From Eledone cirrhosa (lineage: Eukaryota): a stretch of DNA of 64,000 nt. A program made the translations under genes and the position numbers. The notes under the pieces are model-generated. The model worked only from the letters and a program-made list of their open reading frames with translations, was not told where the DNA came from and did not search any database. Below, piece after piece: positions 56,802 to 64,000 of the stretch. Numbering within the stretch: position 1 is the first letter of the stretch; each line of letters starts with the position of its first letter. The stretch lies in NCBI GenBank assembly GCA_964016885.1, contig OZ024747.1, positions 69,936,001 through 70,000,000 on the forward strand. Direction: 5' to 3'.

Positions 56802-57237
56802 AACACACACAGATATATATATTCATATATAGATGTGGATATGTGTAAAAATGAATATGTATATATTTTGCATATCAAAATATTCTCTACAGAACTACAG
56901 GTTCATTCTTTTTAAACCATCAATGACTGAAATAATTCTAGTTTTGTAGTAATTATGTCTGAAAGAATTAAATATATATCATCACTGGCATTGAGTACAT
57001 TATATAACTGTGGTTCTCTTTCTTTTCACTTTTGAAAATGATTCTTTAATACATATGCATATATATATAGAGGAAAAGACCCTGATGGCTGAGCTTCGGC
57101 TGTTTCGACAGCTAGATCTGAACTAAAAACTATATATATATATATATATTTAAAGGTTAAACAAGGTTCAATGAATAAATCAAACCATGACTGAATCTTA
57201 ACCATCTACTATGTCAGGGTATGTCATGCATCATCTT

Positions 57238-57302
57238 ATTTTATCTGATGAGGACGTACTGTTGAAGATAGCTCAGTACCTCTGAAATATGTATAATAAA
57301 AT
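57238..57302 (+). ncRNA. Type I HHR
   Basis: ATTTTAT CTGATGA GGACGTACTG..CAGTACCTCT GAAA TATGTA TA ATAAAAT. Confidence 0.8.
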
Positions 57303-57347
57303 ATATTTGATCACACAATTGTCTATTTTTGTTAATATTTTGAATTA

Positions 57348-57378
<31 letters not shown>

Positions 57379-57566
57379 TAACAGATTAAAGTTTAAGCAA
57401 AGAATCACTGCTTTCATCCTTAACAGGATCTTCTGAAACTAAAAAAAATCAATCTCTACGGTTCTTATATATCTGATATTTATTTATCCTTATCGAGCCC
57501 TCTTTGGATTTTAGTCTTCAAATTTATTATTATTACTATATATATATATATATATAATATATATAC

Positions 57567-57600
<34 letters not shown>

Positions 57601-57604
57601 ACAC

Positions 57605-57643
<39 letters not shown>

Positions 57644-58711
57644 TGTGTGTGAATGAATGACTTGTATACAAATTGTAATATTTTCATTCAAAACTAATTT
57701 CTTTTAAATTAACGTTCTCTTTCTGTAGAAAACTTTGTGCTGTAAGCCACGAGAAAAAGAAACTATAGTTAGTCTCAACATGATTTGTATTCAACGTAGA
57801 GTAAAAACTTAAATGTACACTGGAGTTGTCTGAGACAACTCTATAAACTTTTATTAAATTCAATTCTAAAGAGATTTAAAGAAATACTGTTATCTTGAAT
57901 AAATGAAATGTTTTTCTTATTTAATCATCTAATTATTATTTGGTAAACATAAACTTATCTAACATTATCACTAGGAATGGGATATTATTATTTTTAATAA
58001 TTATTTTTGGTAGTGAAAAGTTAACTTTGCCTTTCATCCTTATGGAGTCGATAAAATAAATTACCAGTAATGCACTGAGTAATTGCTGGCCTTGTGCCAA
58101 CAGTAGAAACAATTATTTTTAATATTTCTATATCATTCGCTAAAACATGAATACTAGTGGACTGTATGAGACATTTGGTGACTCTAATGTAAAACACTTT
58201 TTAAGAGAAATTTATCAACATACCATATAAATATATTACATTAGAAAATACCAAGATAAAACTAAAATTGTTAAGTTGTGGAGGATAATATTGATAATAA
58301 ATTGATTGCAGGAAAACCCTTTTTGCTATTATCAAAAATCTATCACAGATGAATTGCATAAGAACACAATGATAAAATTATCCTCCTTTAATTATACTAA
58401 TGGAAGACAATTTTTAGTACAATCAAGAGACAAATAATAGCTTTCTGTGACTGATTTCTATGGAAATCAAACTAAATTCAATAATAAATAAACAAATTAT
58501 AATTTCAGTTATGCAACATAAATAGAGCAGATGTAGAAAGTAGTATGCATAGTTACTATTAGTATTATAGTCATTTTAGATTTATATAAATATGGATTCT
58601 TATTTAACAGAGTTTGAAAAGCTAATTTGAAAAACAAAATGCATGATCATTTTTAATATATGTAACTATGTATCGACAAATAATGTGTATGTATATGTGT
58701 GTGAGTGCATT

Positions 58712-58746
<35 letters not shown>

Positions 58747-58751
<5 letters not shown>

Positions 58752-59012
58752 TGTAATAAACAACATGAGATAATTATTTCATTTACCAAAGGTTTCACGA
58801 AGACGTTTGACTTCGGTCGTCAGGTAGAAAATTTATTTAAATAAATTTTCATTCTGACGACTGAAGGCAGACTTCTGTGTCAGGCTTGTCTGTCTTTGTG
58901 AAACCTTTGGTAAATGAAATAATTATCTTATGTTGTTTATTACATAACTAAAAAGCTCTGTAGCCTACATAGAGCACTCTCTTTTCCTTTACCTTTCCTA
59001 TGGAAACACTTT
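58747..59012. mobile_element. Palindromic pair of HHRs (plus 58847-58919; minus about 58777-58830)
   Basis: TTTCATT CTGACGA CTGAAGGCAGAC..GTCTGTCTTTGT GAAA CCTTTGG TA AATGAAA; the mirrored copy has a shorter stem II. Confidence 0.78.
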
Positions 59013-59033
59013 ATATATATATATTAATATATA

Positions 59034-59112
<79 letters not shown>

Positions 59113-59194
59113 TATATATATTTATATATATATATTAATATATATTATTATATATATATATTAATATATTAATATATATATATATATTAATATA

Positions 59195-59244
<50 letters not shown>

Positions 59245-59246
<2 letters not shown>

Positions 59247-60235
59247 TTTCTTTTATTTGCCACTAGGGCATCAAAAGTGGGACAAGTACAAAGGGGGGAG
59301 TTTACACAAAAAGGCGTCCTCAATAAGGAGGAGGCAATAACAAAATATAAAAATAAAATAAGATATAACAAAAAATAAAATTTTTAACAAAATCCTCAAT
59401 AGAGAGGAGGCGCCTTGGGGGGTCGCACACACCCCCGAAAAAAGTGTGCAACCCTTCTCCTCAGGAGCACAGAGAAGGGGTGCTCCCTTGGTCTTTCATC
59501 TTCCTCACCTATAGTCTGATGTAGAGTGAAGGCCCATTCACACGGGCCATTCTCGCCACTTTCACCCATCTTTCATAGAAACGGCTGGGGTGCAGCACCT
59601 CTCTCTCCATCCTGATCCTTCTTCCGAAATGATATCGGAAGAAACGGACCAGTTGTTGGCCAGAGAGAAAGGTGCCCGACCTCAGTCCTTTCAGACGCGT
59701 CCACCATACAACCTCTTTCGCCATGGCTATTACGCACAGAAACACCGCCTCTGCTTCATCTTTGAAGGGGGGAGGCGGCTTGATCATTACAATAGACTCG
59801 GTGGTCAACCGGATCGGTCCCACCCTTGACAGCAGTTGTTCGACATAGCCCCACAGATCGGCTACGCCCGAGCAGTGTACTAATGCGTGTGCAACGGTTT
59901 CCTCGTCGCACACGCATCTGGGACAGATCTTTTTGGCGGGGTCCCTACCCGGGCGCCCGTGTCTGTAGAGCCTTTCTCGAACGGGTAAAGCCCCTCGGTA
60001 GCACTGCCAGGCCAGGGACTTCTGGAAGTTGTCCATAGGTCCCGGGCTGAATGTCCTACCGAACAGGCTGGCCAGTTCGTCCTCCTCCATGTCTAGGGCT
60101 TCTCCGAGGGCGTCGTCGCACCTGCTGCGTACCAGCCCTCTATAGAATGTTGCGGTGGAGTCTCCACTGATAACCGGATCCGCCTGCCAGAGGGCGGTGA
60201 GCGCCTGGGCACACTCAGTGTGCCAGGCGCCCACC
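59245..60235 (-). mobile_element. L1/Tx1-like LINE 3' end (zf-RVT region 59509-60235 plus 3' UTR)
   Basis: SLAWQCYRGALPVRERL..CPRCVCDEETVAHALVHC..LW zinc-binding motif; GC-rich open frame; AATAAA near the end; bounded by (TA)n and (GATA)n. Confidence 0.85.
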
Positions 60236-60277
<42 letters not shown>

Positions 60278-60408
60278 CAGATAGATAGAGAGGTATGTAT
60301 GCAAATAAACTCTCTCTCTCTCTTGTATATATATATATAGAAGAGCGTGAAACTAATAAACCTTTGTTTGTACTGCCTCTCTGTTTTTGTTCCCGTTCCA
60401 ATTTTCAC

Positions 60409-60463
<55 letters not shown>

Positions 60464-61108
60464 TATATGCATGCGTGTCTACATGTATATATGTATATAT
60501 GTAAATATATGCATGTATGTGAGTGTGACTGTGCACTGTGTAAGTTTGTAAATCATCTTTTGCACAGAAAAGAGTGGAGAGACTATGAATACTATACAGA
60601 ATATATTGGAGTAAATGAAGAACAATATCCACTTTGCATTACACAAAATGACATTTATCTTCTATATTAAAGTAGGTGTACCTGTGGCATAAAACATTTG
60701 TCATTCTATACAAAGTTGGTGGTAAGAATGTGAGAACGATAAAGAGAGTGTGTATGTGTGTGTGAGAAAGAGTGAGATAGAGAAAGAAAGAGACAGAGAG
60801 AAAGAAACTGAGAAAATGAGAGCAAAGGCAGTGGTGATGCTGTTTATCCTCAAATTATATGAGTAAAATATTTCATTTTGGTACTTTCAGTCATTTATTA
60901 ATGTTATGCAATTTCTACTGTTTATATATATATGTAACTGAAAAATACAAAAGTTAAAATGTCATATTAATATTTTACACTTGGTGTAATGGTAATTAAA
61001 CCCAGGTATGCCCATGGGGTAAGTTAGCCAACAATAATAAAACAAGAATAGAGATAGTGACATAAATTACTTTTTAAGAAAATATTATTTTATATATGTG
61101 TTTATATA

Positions 61109-61266
<158 letters not shown>

Positions 61267-61276
61267 CACACACAAA

Positions 61277-61309
<33 letters not shown>

Positions 61310-61324
61310 GTACACACACAAATA

Positions 61325-61355
<31 letters not shown>

Positions 61356-61369
61356 GTACACACACACAC

Positions 61370-61401
<32 letters not shown>

Positions 61402-62845
61402 GTACACATACACACACACACACATATATATATACATATACAGTGCAAAAAGTATATATATATACTTTTTACACTTTACATATACATACATGTAAACATG
61501 GGAAAAGCGATGTAAAGCAGTGGTGATGATGGTGATGGTGTATGTACACATATATGTATACATATATAAACTTTTTCTTCACATACCCTTACTCAACCAC
61601 AAAATATAAACCTAAACTAGCCAAAGAAAGTACTCAAAACAATGCAATTGACCAGTTAAATAAATGGCAGGAGAAACACCTAGTATGCACATAAAATTCT
61701 AATTCAAAATATATGTTACTTTGTAACTATATGTAAAATGGGAGTAGAAATTGGCTTCCATTGCATATAATTATTTCTAATTTTGGTACAAGGCCAGCAA
61801 TTAAACAGTACATTACTGGTACTTTATTTTATCGACCCCTGTAAGGATGAAAGGCAAAGGTGTCTGACCCTCTACCGATACCGCCAATTCCCTAATGAAT
61901 GAATATATACTGAATGTATTCACACACACACACATATATATATGTGTGTGTGGTGTATATATATATACACATATATATATACACATATATATATGTGTGT
62001 ATGTATATATAAATGTGTGTGTGTGTGTATATATATGTGTGTGTGTGGTTGTGTGTATGTGTATATATATATATACATATATATATATGATAGTAGAACA
62101 CTGGAGGGTTATATCCACAGTAGTAGAGCACTCAGTCCATGGGACAAGTTTGGTAGAAGTAGTTCCACAACAATTAATACACCATTTCCGAGAAGAATTT
62201 ATTTTACCTCAAACGGATCATATATACATACAAATATATATATAGATATATAAATATATATATAAAATATATGCAATTATTATATTATCTGTATATTACA
62301 GTACATTATCAAATCAATTTATACATTAATAATAATATAACATAATAAATATTTTAGATCCAAAATTTTTATTAATTTTACATTCTATCTAATTTAATAT
62401 TGAATAGTGAGATAATATAATTTCCTTAAAATGTTTCATAAAATCTGCATTTAATGATATGAAAATATAGGTACAAAGGTTCAGAAATCACATTTAATCT
62501 CAGAAAGTAATCCAAACTTAAATAGCATCTGATTGGGTTGAATTTTTCAATTCCTTTAAATCCAAATCACCTAAAATTTGCACTCACTCTATGATAGAAA
62601 ACTGTGTATTTAGAAGTGTTAATAGTTAATTAAAAACCTTTCCTAACAATTTTATAACAGCATTTATTGAGCTAATTTACAAACACTAGCTTAATAATGA
62701 GAAATTTATATTACTAAATTAATTCAAAATTTAGGTTATTTTCAAATGTAATTGAAAATAATAAGCAGTGAGTTTTATTAGAAAAATGGTAATAAAAGTG
62801 TGTTTGCACAAAAATGTAAATATCAGGGCATATTATATATATATA

Positions 62846-62954
<109 letters not shown>

Positions 62955-63148
62955 TTATATATATATACTTATATATATATACTTATATATATTATTAGAA
63001 ATGTAAGCTATCGCCGTATTTTGACTAAAGAAATTAAAGAAATTATTTAGCCTGATAGTGGGGTTAAGAACCCTCAGAGAAATGGAAAAAGATGAGTATT
63101 GACGTACATATATATATATAAATATATATATATATACTTATATATATA

Positions 63149-63183
<35 letters not shown>

Positions 63184-63202
63184 TTATATATACATATATA
63201 CT

Positions 63203-63245
<43 letters not shown>

Positions 63246-63456
63246 TTATATATATCATCATCATATACTTATATATATATATATACTTATATATATATAT
63301 ATATACTTATATATATATATATACTTATATATATATATAAATATATATACTCATATATATATATATATATATACATTTTAATATATATACTTATATATAT
63401 ATATATATAAATATACATTTATATATATATATATATACATTTATATATATATATAC

Positions 63457-63533
<77 letters not shown>

Positions 63534-63618
63534 CTTATATATATATATTAAAGAGTTATTCACTACCCCGATTAAATCTTAACCATTTAACATCTCAGGG
63601 TATGTCATGTATCATTAT

Positions 63619-63671
63619 ATTTTGTCTGATGAGGATGTACTCTTGTACATCCAAAATATGTATAATAAAAT
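63619..63671 (+). ncRNA. Decayed type I HHR (GAAA>AAAA)
   Basis: ATTTTGT CTGATGA GGATGTAC-TCTT-GTACATCC AAAA TATGTA TA ATAAAAT. Confidence 0.65.
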
Positions 63672-63757
63672 GTAATTGATCAAAATGACATCTATTTTAT
63701 TAATATTTGTATTTTAATACTTATATATATATATATATATACTTATATATATATATA

Positions 63758-63798
<41 letters not shown>

Positions 63799-63815
63799 TT
63801 ATATATATATATACT

Positions 63816-63860
<45 letters not shown>

Positions 63861-64000
63861 TTATATATATATATATATACTTATATATATATACTTACAT
63901 ATATATGTATATACTTATATATATATTAATTATATATATATATATATATATACTTATATATATAATTATATATATCATCATCATCATCATCATCATCATC

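Noticed and set aside
60236-60408. N-terminus of the 299-aa ORF (LSIYLSIY)
   Set aside because: Read-through of (TCTA)n microsatellite upstream of the truncated LINE.

Overview
AT-rich, microsatellite-dense eukaryotic DNA with no supportable host gene. The SINE/RTE repeat types and extreme (TA)n content suggest an octopus-like cephalopod genome (inference). The only long real ORF is a 5'-truncated Penelope-like element (PLE; RT plus GIY-YIG endonuclease, 22.2-25.3 kb) with a ~665-bp inverted copy of its 3' end. The main hidden signal is a non-coding retroelement system: about 30 type I hammerhead ribozyme (HHR) motifs from roughly ten unrelated sequence families, read by eye. They include three tandem retrozyme-like arrays (units of ~434, 466 and 591 nt; the 591-nt array has 12 near-identical HHRs with a rare U3-A8 core). 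Nearly all sit in (TA)n microsatellites as head-to-head inversions, the same architecture as the PLE. This fits circular HHR RNAs being copied by PLE RT through rolling-circle, twin-primed reverse transcription (inference). Also present: RTE LINE fragments with a partner CORE-type SINE, a second tRNA-derived SINE family, a mariner remnant, a MITE, a Tx1-like 3' end in (TATC)n and an R4/Dong-like 3' end in (TAA)n. Coordinates and folds were read manually and need computational confirmation.
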